Assembly: GCA_964016885.1 (NCBI GenBank)
Contig: OZ024743.1
Span: 91,140,001 to 91,204,000 of the forward strand
Length of the DNA: 64,000 nt
Reading direction: 5' to 3'
Source: Eledone cirrhosa
Lineage: Eukaryota
How positions within the stretch are numbered: position 1 is the stretch's first letter; each line of letters starts with the position of its first letter. The translations under genes were made by a program, and so were the position numbers. This document shows positions 39,701 to 51,800 of this stretch, in pieces. The notes under the pieces were generated by a model. That model saw only the letters and a program-made list of their open reading frames with translations. It searched no databases and was not told the origin of the DNA.

Positions 39701-42700
39701 TAGGTGTCAGATGTGAAGAAAAAGTTTGCTGATTTACAGAAACTGAAAGACAACAATTGGCAGGCAGAAGTTGTAGCCAGCAGCAAACCTGTCAAGAAAA
39801 TAAGGAAAGTAAAGCCTGGGGCATCCAAAGTTTCCAAAATGGAAGGGAAATCTAAATTTTCCCAGTTTCTGACACAGAAGAAGAAAGCTGCAAATAATTC
39901 ACCTGCAGTAGATCCTGAAAAGGAAACAGACAGTGAAGAACAAGTTAAAGTATTTGATGGCCATTTCTTCAAAGTGGAGAGTCCAGTTAGATCACCAAAG
40001 CCACATTGTTCTGGTAAGATTTGCCTGTTGTTGTTGTTGTTCAGTAAGACTAAGCGGGTAGAGCATCCAACTAAATGTTTGATAATATTTAGCTTGATCT
40101 CTCAAATTTCTGAGTTTAAATCCCACCAGGATGGATAAAACAACAATCATATATGTACTAGCATTGCACTGTCATTTGACCTGGCTTGTCTCACAACTGT
40201 ACAGCTCATCTAACCCATGCTAGTGTGGAAAATGGATGTTAAACGGTGATGATAATGATTTTAACTCCTTTCTTATGAACAAAGAATCAAAATCTTAATG
40301 GCAAGAAAACTATTTATTTTGTTGCTGGAGCACAGACGTTTTAGTGGTCAAAATATCTCATCAGAACTTAACCCTTTTGTTGTCATATTTTTGATGAAAG
40401 ACACTATGGTTTTCAAATAATTTTGAAAATAATCAAGACAGTTTAGTAATAAAACTTTCTCATTAAGCTGCTGTAGATTGGCAGTTTCGGTAGTGCGTCA
40501 AATACCATGCTTTGCAGTATAGTTATGGCCCTTTACGTTCTGGGTTCAAATTCCGCCAAGATTAACTTTGCCTTTTATCCTTACGGGGTCAATAAAATAA
40601 AGCACGAGTAATGCACTGGGGTAATTGCTGGCCTTGTTCCAAAAGTAGAAATAATTATTAAGCTGGTGTTTGGAACATAACTTGAGTTTTTACATAAAAT
40701 TATGATAGGTTTTTAGATAAATATAAGCATTTTATAATAAACGGTTTTATATTGTAAACCCAGGGGCGTTATCAAAAGAGTTAAGGACTTAAAGAGAAAA
40801 GTATTAATATCCAAGGAAGTTACTGACAGTTTGTGTTTTATCTTTTAGTTAAATTTGAATTGTCTGTTTTTCTTTCTCAATAAGAGTTATTTATTTAAAT
40901 TTGTTTGAATTGTCATATTTTCAGACTCTGCCCCTAGTCCAGTTGTTAAACCAGTTTCCACTGACACAACCAAGGAGCAATCAGATGCTGTTGTTATTGC
41001 TGATTGTCATGAGAAAGACAAGCTAGATGATAAAACATCTGAAACAGAGTTAAAAGATTTGAATGATGAAGAAGCAGTCGAGCCAGTTGGTGCTGAGAGG
41101 TCTAGTGATTCCCCAATGGTAACACCGTTTATTACAAGACATAGCTATGTTCCTGCCATTCCCAGTCCTCTCCTTCAGGATGTAACACCTAGAAGGAGGA
41201 GAGTATCCACCAAACGCTATTCGGTTCTCTTCAGTGAAATGACAAAAACACCAGACAGTTCTCAGCCAGTACCATCTACACCTGTTGAAGATGTTGGAGA
41301 TGTTTCGACATCTGTTCCCAAGTCAGCACCAAGGTTTGTGTTTGACAGTTTATTTATTTATTTATTTTTGGATTATGTTTGTTGTGTCGGAAATAACAAG
41401 GAGAGCAATGTCGCATGAGTGGAAGGACAAAACACGGGGGCTCTCTTTCCTTGTGGGGCTAGATAGCGTGTGTGTGTGTGTGGGGAGGGGGGTGTCAATG
41501 AGCTTGTGTGAAACCTGGGATTTCTGGCCAGAGTGTGGAATATCCAGGACAGTGGGACAGTTATTCAAGACCTGAGAGTAAGACATTTATTGCCTACTTT
41601 TTCTGTTCCAGAAGTAGCAGACGTTCTCAAAGAACCAGCAGGAGGATTTCTGCAGTTCAACCTGTTGCCAAGACTCCCAGGAAAGGTATGTACTATTTTA
41701 TTAATTGATCTTAAATTATATTTAACTGCTAACATCCTGTAATTATTTAACAAAACATTTCTATAAAAGAAGAAACAGGTTTGTTAATTTAAATGTTTAT
41801 AGTATCTTTACTGGTGGACAGATTGTTGTGAAAATTTACAGTTTTAAAGACTTTAATTTTTAAGTAGCCATGCAGTTAAATGCTGTTTTGTGCTTTTCAA
41901 GAATATCTTGCTTATGTGGCTTCATTGGGTACAGGACATTAAGAGTTAATAATTTGCTTAACATATTTATTTATTATATTAGTATTATTTAGTTTAGTGA
42001 ATGTGTGTGGCTTAGTGGTTAGGGTGTTTTGGCTTATGATTGTAAGGTTGTTATTTTGATGCTGAGATCAGCTGGTGCTGACACCTCAATAAGTTGCACC
42101 CAGTACACTCTGTAAAGTGGTAGTGCTGGTGTCTTAATACATACACTTTGTACGCTCTGCAAAGGGGTGGTGCTTATGCCACAATAAAATGTACCTGGTA
42201 TACACTGCAAAGAGGTAATGCCAGTGGAACGGTAAAATAAACCTAGTATATGCTGTAAAGTGGTTGGCATATGGCAGGGCAACCAACTCTAGAAATCATG
42301 CCAAAATAAAACATATGCAAGAGATGTTATCTGATCCTGTTTAGTTTCAAACTTTGACAACCTGTTCAATCTATACAAACATGAAAAAACGGTTGTCAAA
42401 TGATGACTATGATGATGATTGATTTCAATAAAATTATTTTAACCCCTCCCTGCCCAATTTGTTTTGATTGATCTATTGATTCTTTTGTTTACAATGTTAT
42501 TGATGAAAGTTGAAATAATTTATTCTACGAGATTTTGATATTGCAGCTGGTTATGGCCAGCTTGAATAGAAAGAGGTGAGAGAATTCTGGCCGGATACGG
42601 CTGGTTTAAATGCTAAAGGGTTAATGTCTGTTTTCCTTGTTAGCAATTGTTGCTTAAATAAATTTGTTTGAATTTTTCTTGAATTTTAGATTCATCATCA

Positions 42701-45700
42701 CCATTATCATTTATTGTCCATTTTCCTTGCTAGCAAGAATTGTTTCTTTAAACTTGTTTGAATTGTCATATTTTCAGACTCTGCCCCTAGTCCAGTTGTT
42801 AAACCAGTTTCCACTGACACAACCAAGGAGCAATCAGATGCTGTTGTTATTGCTGATTGTCATGAGAAAGACAAGCTAGATGATAAAACATCTGAAACAG
42901 AGTTAAAAGATTTGAATGATGAAGAAGCAGTCGAGCCAGTTGGTGCTGAGAGGTCTAGTGATTCCCCAATGGTAACACCGTTTATTACAAGACCTAGCTA
43001 TGTTCCTGCCATTCCCAGTCCTCTCCTTCAGGATGTAACACCTAGAAGGAGGAGAGTATCCACCAAACGCCATTCAGTTCTCTTCAGTGAAATGACAAAA
43101 ACACCAGACAGTTCTCGGCCAGTACCATCTACACCTGTTGAAGATGTTGGAGATGTTTCGACATCTGTTCCCAAGTCAGCACCAAGGTTTGTGTTTGACA
43201 GTTTATTTATTTGTTTGTGGCTAGACTCACTTGTATTGAGTCATACTCAGTCCTTATACATTTCCTTGAACCATGGAATCAGCAGATTTCAAAGAAACAA
43301 ACAAGAAAATATTTTAACCATTCCATAACTATATTTCAAATGAAGGTCACTGATCATAAATTTCAAATTATTTTGAAAATGATCAAGAATTTGGAGCAGT
43401 TTAGTAATAAAAATAACTTATTATTAAGCTGGTGTTTGGGACATCAAGTTTTTACATAAAATTAGATATATATAAACAATTTAAAACCTTTTCAATTATA
43501 TTTTAATGAAAGTCATTGCCTATAATTTTCAAATATTTTTTTAAATCATCATCATCATCATCTTCGTTTAACATCCATTTTCCACGCTAGCATGGGTTAG
43601 ACGGGAGTTGTCCCACTTGGGGCAAGGCTGGTCGGGTGACCGTGTCTCGCTCATGTAGGACTATCTGGCAGGTTTTCTACGGCTGGATGCCCTTCCTAAC
43701 ACCAATGCCCTAAATAATCAATAATTTTCTCATTATTCAGCTCATGTTTTGAACCAAACTTAGCCAAAGTTCTCAGATAAAATTATGATGAAAGGTTTCT
43801 AGATAGATGTAAATATTTTAGCATAAGGTGATATGTATATTAGAACCAGGGTTGGTTTCAGGAAGTTTGGTATCAAAGGAGTTAAAAAAAAATGGTGCTA
43901 GATTTAATTGCCTATTTTTTCTGTTTCTCCAGCAGCAGAAGACGATCTCAACGAATCAGCCGGAGGGTTTCTGCAGTTGAACCAGTTGTCAAGACTCTCA
44001 GGAAAGGTATGTACTATTCTAGTAATCAAAGTTCACTTTGCAATTAACTGGTTTCGGTTTTGATTCCATTAGTATATAGCTACTAGGCATAATGTCTTCT
44101 ATATATAAATTTGAGCGACTTCCATCTGACCTTCCGTCACACACTAGAGATGACTGAGGAAGAAAGGGGTGATGAGAAACTACAGAAAACAGCACCTAAC
44201 ATTCACTGATGCAGGCTGCTACCATTGTTACTATGACTACCTCATACTACTCTTCTCTCTTTATGTCTGATGCAGGCTGCTACCACACATACACATACGT
44301 GTCAGCGTGTTGAAAAAAATCCTAGTTTGAAAATAGCTTGAAATATTGAGGGCAATTATGATTGAGTCAACCCTTGGTTTCTGTGCTCCTGTCTGATAAT
44401 AGTCCATCCAATAAAAGGACTACAAGAATGTGTGTACTATAAAATTAGTGAGGGGATAGGCTGGTTTATATGTATGGAAGATCTTAGGTTTAACTCATAT
44501 TTCTCATGAAAGACACTGCCTATGATTTTCATTTTGAAAATAAAGAAATTGAAGAGATTTGATATTATAACAAAGTTTTTTGTAACCTTCCATCATAATT
44601 TTATGTAAGAACTTTTGTTAAGTTATATTCAAAACATGATCTTAATAATGGTTTCTGATTTAGACACAAGGCCAATAATTTTTAGGTAGGGGAAATCAAT
44701 TAAATTGACTTTGTCAGGATGAAAGGAAAAGCTAACCTTCAGCGGGATTTGAACTCAGACCGTATAGGGTCATAACTCTATGCCACAAAGCATGTTGTCC
44801 GACACTCTACCGATACTGCCAATCCACTGCCCTAAACCTGATCTTATTAATGAGAATGTTATATTACTAAATTCCTCAAAATTATAGGTAGTGTCTTTCA
44901 TTAAAAATATAATCATGAAATGGATAAATTTATATTTATCTAAAAATCTTCCATCATAATTTATCTAAGACATTTTGTTAATGTATGTTCAAAACAGGTT
45001 TATGAGAAAGTTCTATTACTAAATCCCCCCTAATTCTTGACTATTTTCGAAATTATGTGAACATTCTAGATTTTCATTAAAAATCTAGTCATCAAAGGGT
45101 AATGGGTACTGTGTGTTAAATTTTATTTAGATTCTACAAATACAACTGATGTAGCAGTAGAACAACTGATTGATTTGTCTGAGAATAGTATCCTTAAGGT
45201 TGAAGACTCTTCTGAGAAAAAGACCCCATCAAACAAAAGAAGATCCAGGGCTAAGTGTAAGTAAAATTAATTTTCTCTGTCTAAAGTCTGTCTTAAGCCA
45301 GAAGACTTGTTAGGTTGGTGCTTATCCTGGTTTCATGGCTTGAAGCAACTGAGACACCCCACTGAACAGGATGCCAGTCCATCGAAGGGTTAAACCCCCA
45401 GCTATTGCTGGTACTCATTTTCAGCTGAGTATATTGAAGCAAGCCCAGGAATGGAACCCAATTTTCTCTATGGAATGATTAATTCATTCGATATAGTTAT
45501 TGTCTAATCCTTATTTAACTGGTGCTTATTTTATCAACCATGAAAGTATGAAAGGAAAAATTGCCCAACCCCTGCTAGCAGTGAAAACAGCCGTTAAAAT
45601 GATAATGATGATGAATGTAAAGATATTTTTGCTAAATACTGCAGGGTATTTGGCCTGGCATTGTACCATCACAGCCACATTCATCATTTTACATCTGCTT

Positions 45701-48700
45701 TTCCATTCTGGCATGGATTAGACAGTTTGTTACAGAACAAGACGGTTCTTAACTCTTAATGTACCAAATGAAACCACATTTGAATGACATCTTTGGAAAG
45801 TCCAAAACATTACCATGGCTTCTTCAGATTAACTGCAAATGTTCATAACAATCTGTCCACTAGTAAAGATATTGTAAACATTTGAATTAACTAACCCATT
45901 TTAATATATTATAGGATATTAAGAGTTAAATGAAGTTAGTCCTCCTTAAAAGGCCAGAGGCCAGATTTCATGCACATTCCAGTTTTGACATGGTTTTTAC
46001 AACTTGATGCCATTCCTAACGCCAGCTTCTTTACAGAGTGTAATTGATGCAAGTTTATCATGGCTTAGTGGTTAGAGTATTGGGTTCACAATCATGTCAT
46101 GTTCAATTCCTGAACCAGAAGTCATTTTCTGTTCTTGAACAAGACACTTCATTTCACATTGCTTTTCACAGAAGACTTGCTTCCAATGTGCACAGGTTGA
46201 AGCATACATATACTATGCTGCCCGCCAAGTGCCAGTCCACACTAGGAGCGGTTGTTTTGGTGTCATGACAAAAAGCACCCAGTACACTGTAAATAGAGTT
46301 GGCATTTGGAAGGGCATCCAACCGTAGAAACCAAGCCCAAATCAGTTCTATATGAGCAAGACATGGTCTACTGGCCTGGCTTGTATCTCAACGGGACAAC
46401 TCGTCTAACCCATGCTAGCGTGGAAAATGGTCGGGCTTTAAATGGTGCTGCTAATGATGATAGAACTGGGACCCATATCATTAAGAGGAACCTGCGAGAT
46501 GCTATCTTGTTGGGGGCTAGATAAACCAGATTCAAGTTCAACTGCTTTACACAATAATTTCCTTTTTTGTCTTTTGAAATAGTTATGCCAGAAGTTGGAA
46601 GTGAGAAACGCCGTTCAGTGCGGCTTGCCAGATTATCTGTGTTCCATATTGACAGATCTCATGCTGAACTTGGCAACCATCCAGATATGAACCTCATAGA
46701 CTTTCAAACTCCCATTCCTTCTGAGAGGTAAGCTAATTTTATGAATTTGTGTGTTTCTCCCTTTTTCTCTTTTCCTCAGTTTATCTCTATTAATATATAT
46801 GTGTAATACACCATTCTTCTATGTGTGTGTGTGTGTATTATCATCATCATCATCATTTTACGTCTCTGCTTTTGTTTAAATAACAGACACTGCTCGGTTT
46901 GCTTTCCCCTATTCTCCCTTCTTACCTTTTCTACGTCTCAGTGTCCTTCTTTGTCCACATTTTCGACAACAGTCCTTATTCTCTTGTTTTATTATTTCTC
47001 TCCTTTGGCTAAGCATGTGCACACTCTATATTTGTGAGAGAGAGGGATGTAAAATCCTGACTACGGCGCCAAGTGGTTTTGGCTTGTGTGTTCAGCAAGC
47101 CTTTTCACGGCTGTAGTAATATTACTACACCTTTAAAAACCCTTGCTAAGCACCCAAGCTGAAACCGCTTGGTGCCGCAGTCAGGATTTTACATATTGCT
47201 CTACCCACTCTGCATCTCCCCATGCATTGAGTAGTCCCATGATTAGTGGTCTCCTTGGTCTCAGCACTGCAGACTCTCTCTTTATATATATAAATAAAGT
47301 CACAGGAAGAATCCATAGAAGTGGTTGATAGCTTTGTTATCTAGGCAATTTAATTAGCAGTTGAGGCAAGAATTCTGAGAGCATAATAGATAGAATAAGG
47401 ATAAGATGGAAGAAGTTTAGAGAACTACTCCCACTGTTTACTACAACAGGCTGACTGTGTGTGCAGTGTGATGCTGCATGGTAGTGAAACATGGGCAGTG
47501 ACAGCAGAAGACATGCAGAGAAGTGAAGCAGCCATGCTTCATTGGATGTGCAATGTAAATGTGAGAGACGCCACAGTAGAGGTAGACCAGTAAAAAAGAC
47601 GCCACAGTAGAGGTAGTCCAAGAAAGACCTGGTGAGAGCTGACCTCAAATTGCTGCGACTCACAAAGGAGATGAAAAAGGAACACAGCATGTGGAGAGAT
47701 GTGCTGAGAAGGATCCGTCCAACCCATTGCAATCGTGGAAAAACAGACGTAAAAACGATGATGATGATAATGATATATCAACCCTATGTCTAAGGCCGTA
47801 TGTCCTCAGAACTAGTCTAAATACTAAAATTCCAACTCATTATTGACACAGTCTGTTTGGGCTGACAACAGCTAGCCACATGTTTCATGGATCAGTGGAA
47901 AGGAACCATGTGGCAATGAACATTTCTTCTATATTTGTCAGCCTGCACCTCTGACAAATGGTATTGCTCCAACTTTGTGGATGAGTGGTAGTGGTGGTGG
48001 TGGTAAGAATTGAGGCAGGTCCAACTATTCATTTTCAAATAAACTTTGGGTGCTGGTACCGCAGTCGTGTCTGGTGTGACAAGCAAAAAAAACCTCCAGT
48101 CCACCCTGTAAGGTTGTTGCACATGTGCCATAAGAAAGCACTCATTGCTCTCTGTAAGGTGGTGTCACGACAAAAAATAAGCATGTAATTCTCCCTGTAT
48201 AGTGGTTGTCATCATCACCATCATCTTCGTTTAACATCCGGTGTCATTACTTGTCTATACACACACACACTGACAGGTTGGGGGTTTGCATCTCATTTAC
48301 ATTAGGTTTCACATTCTACTAAGTGCCATTTTATCATGGCACCAGCACTAGAGAGGTTCTCATATATATAAATAATTGTTATATCTGTTTTTTTCCATGC
48401 TGGCATGAGTTGGCCATAACCTTTTGACCGTGTTCTATAGCTGATGTCAATCTATATCTATTTTTAAGTATGATATATAATGTTGATCTTCATCAAACTG
48501 CTAAATTGCAGGAAGTGAGGGAGGGAGGGGGGGGGGGTTATTCGTGTCCAAAGAGTACTTGTGATCCTTTAGATGCTATTGTCTGAAGTGTCTACCTCAC
48601 AAGTCCATATAGAAGAGGGGAAACTTTGAATAACAATGAATTATCAACATTGTTTAATGTCCATTTTTTCTGTTAGGAAGGGTTAGACTTGTTATCATCA

Positions 48701-48805
48701 AATTCTGTTTTTTCCTGCTTGAAACTTTAAGACTCTTCTCAATCTCTGTCATTAAACTAAAATCCTATTATTGTACTGTTTTTGTTGTTGTTGACATTTC
48801 TTCAC

Positions 48806-48843
<38 letters not shown>

Positions 48844-51800
48844 ATGTATGTACATACACACACAGGATGTACTCTACCAACTTGTTGAAGACACTTAAGT
48901 CCAAGTGGCTGTTAAGTTTCACATTCTTCCCATTAGTTATTAAGAAACAATGCTGTTGTTCTTCTTGTCAATACTTTAACCTGACCTCTATTATTGTTTT
49001 TGTTGTTTTAAGTATTTTCTATTTCCTAGAATAGACTGGTTATTAACCCTTTATCATTCACATTATTTTATATATACTATTATATTTTAATGGTAAAGGC
49101 TTTACCTCATGTAATTATCTCACATAATATCGAATCTATGAGATTTTGAAAGTATTCATTTTGAAAACAATACCTTAACATCAGATTAAGCGACCAGTTA
49201 CAGCCGGTTTGAACACTAGAGATCTTATAATCTTCTTATTTGTCTACTTATTCCTGAGAGGGTCGTTGGAACAGAGCCCTCAAACACTCCTTCCAGCGGG
49301 TCCTGTCAGATGCAACCATCTCCAACTGATCTGACTGGGCTTGCAGCCAGTTAGTTTTGCCTGTAAAATCTGTCCAGTGATTCTTTCCTGAGACATTCTA
49401 ACCACATGCCTGTTGTACCGGAGCTGTGATCTCTCAATTCGAGGAAGTAGCAGCTCTACCTGGAGTGACTCTGTTAACTCCGAGCTACGCAGTTTATCAA
49501 GTAACGTTACTCCAAAGACTCTATTTCAGCTGCTTGTATTCGCAATCATATTCTTTATTTAAAGATTTTATAATGTCTTTTCTATTTCCAAGAATAGACT
49601 GGTTGTTAATCATTACAGTTTTTTCTAATTCCTACAACAGGCAGGTTAACCCATAGATCTTGTTTGCACTTCCAAAAGGTTGGTAATTAGTGGCCAAGAG
49701 CTCTGTGGCATGATGGTTAAATGTTTTCATCTGACATATGAGAGCTGCATGGTTCAATTCCCTGTAGTCATCTCTCCAATTTTTCTATGTCCAAGGCTAT
49801 ATTTTACCCACGTTATTCAACTATTATTTATAGTTATTAATTGTTATAGTTATCTACATTGTGGCAACTATATCTCCAAATTTAGTATTCCCCAATTCTT
49901 CCTTAGTTCATCAACTCTTGTTTACACACAGATACACACACAGAGGGAGCGAGATTTGTTTTTTAGAATAGGTACACAGTATGTCTGTGTGTCATACAAA
50001 GTTAGTGACAGGAAGGGTATTGGGCCATAAAACACTCAAAACGAGCCATCCGGCCCATGCCAACATGGTTATAATAATGAAAAACTAATTATATACTGTA
50101 TAAGCACATCCATACAAAAACAAACGGGGGGGCGGGGGGTTAAAAATACACCACTATCAGCTGCCTCTATACAGGCTATTAACATATATGTGATGTGGTG
50201 AATTGTAAGATACTCTTGGGTCCCAAATAATAGGTGAGACAGGGAGGGGGAAGTCGGTAATTTTTTTAGGCTTTCTCCATTGAATTTTTTAAATCCCAGA
50301 ATTAGTCATTTAGTTTACATATTGAGACCCCAAACCATCCTATTTCATAACGTATATTTCTAGTAATGTACTTTTTATGTCATGTATAATTTTTTTAATG
50401 TATAAATAAAATGAATTGTCATAGGAATGCTACCACTTAAAATAAAATTTTGCTGCAGATTATTCGAGACCCGAGAGTAATCTGAAGTGAAATGACCCCA
50501 GATACAGGGATAGATGTTAAATTTCATACTTGTCAAACTCATATTAGAGAACAAAAAAAATATGAACATCAATTAGATATTTTACCATCTTGCAATGATT
50601 TAGCAGAAAATGTCCTCCAACTCCCCCCCCCCCCCCAAAAAAAAAAAATTAACCATTATGCCACAGACCTCTTGGCCACTAATTACCAGCCATTTGGAAG
50701 TGCAAACAAGATCAACAGGTTAATAATCAGTGTATTCTAGGAAATAGAAAAGACAAAATTTAAGGGTTAATATCCAGTTTATTGTTGAATTCGCAGTATT
50801 ATAATATATAATAAAGTCTTTAATTTTTGTGATGCAATCATAGTGTTTTGTACTTTTAAGAATGTCTTACTAATGTTGTTTCATGTAATACAGATTGTTA
50901 AGTTAACCCTTTAGCATTTACATTACTTTATATTTACTATTATATTTTCATGGTAAAGGCTTTATCTCACATAATATTGAATCTATGAGATTTTGATATC
51001 TATTTTGAGAACAATACCTTAACATAAGTATGCGTGTCCGGTTACATCCAGTTTGAATAGAAAGAGGTGAGAATTCTGGCTGGATGTGGCTGGTTTAAAT
51101 GCTAAAGGGTTAATAGTAACTTTATTAGTAGACAGGTTGTGAAAAATTGCAGTATTATAATAAAGTCTTTAATGTGATGCAATTATAGTGCTGTTTTGTA
51201 GTTTTGAAGAATGTCTTGCTAATGTTGTTTCATGTGATACAGATAAAGTTAATCTTTCTGTTAATTACCTGCTCTTGTGTTTTTTTATAGGAAAAAGGGG
51301 AAAAGATCAAAGTCTGTTGTTTTTGAAGATTCCCTGAAAGAGGAGGAAAGCAACTTGAGTGAGTGTAAGTTTTATTGTTATTGTTGTTACAGGAAGGGTG
51401 CTGGATTTGTAGTTTCAGGGGAGTGATGAGTAGAATATTTCAGTATTTTCTTAAGACTTTCTGAGTTCAAATCCTGTAAAATGAAGTTTGCCTTTCATCC
51501 TCCTGAGGTTGATATAATTGACGTTCCCCAAATTGCTGGTCTTGTGCTAATGTTAGAAATAATAGTAATTATTATTATTGCTGGGAGTGGAGGGAGGTGC
51601 ACCTTTGCTTCTCTCCCTTCTGGAGGTTCCTAAAAATAAATATGTCAAGTACTAGGGTTAATTTAATCAGCTGTGTGCTCCTTCCTAAAATTGTTGTGGC
51701 AGTATCGGTAGAGGGTCGGACGCCATGCTTTCCAGCATAGTTACGTCCCTTTACGATCTGAGTTCAAATCCCGCCGAGGTTGACTTTGCCTTTCATCCTT

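Noticed and set aside
32313-40165. Whole duplication as a haplotype mis-assembly
   Set aside because: The introns between F, G and H differ in length, transposon content and sequence far beyond allelic levels; only the I-J segment remains open to this explanation.
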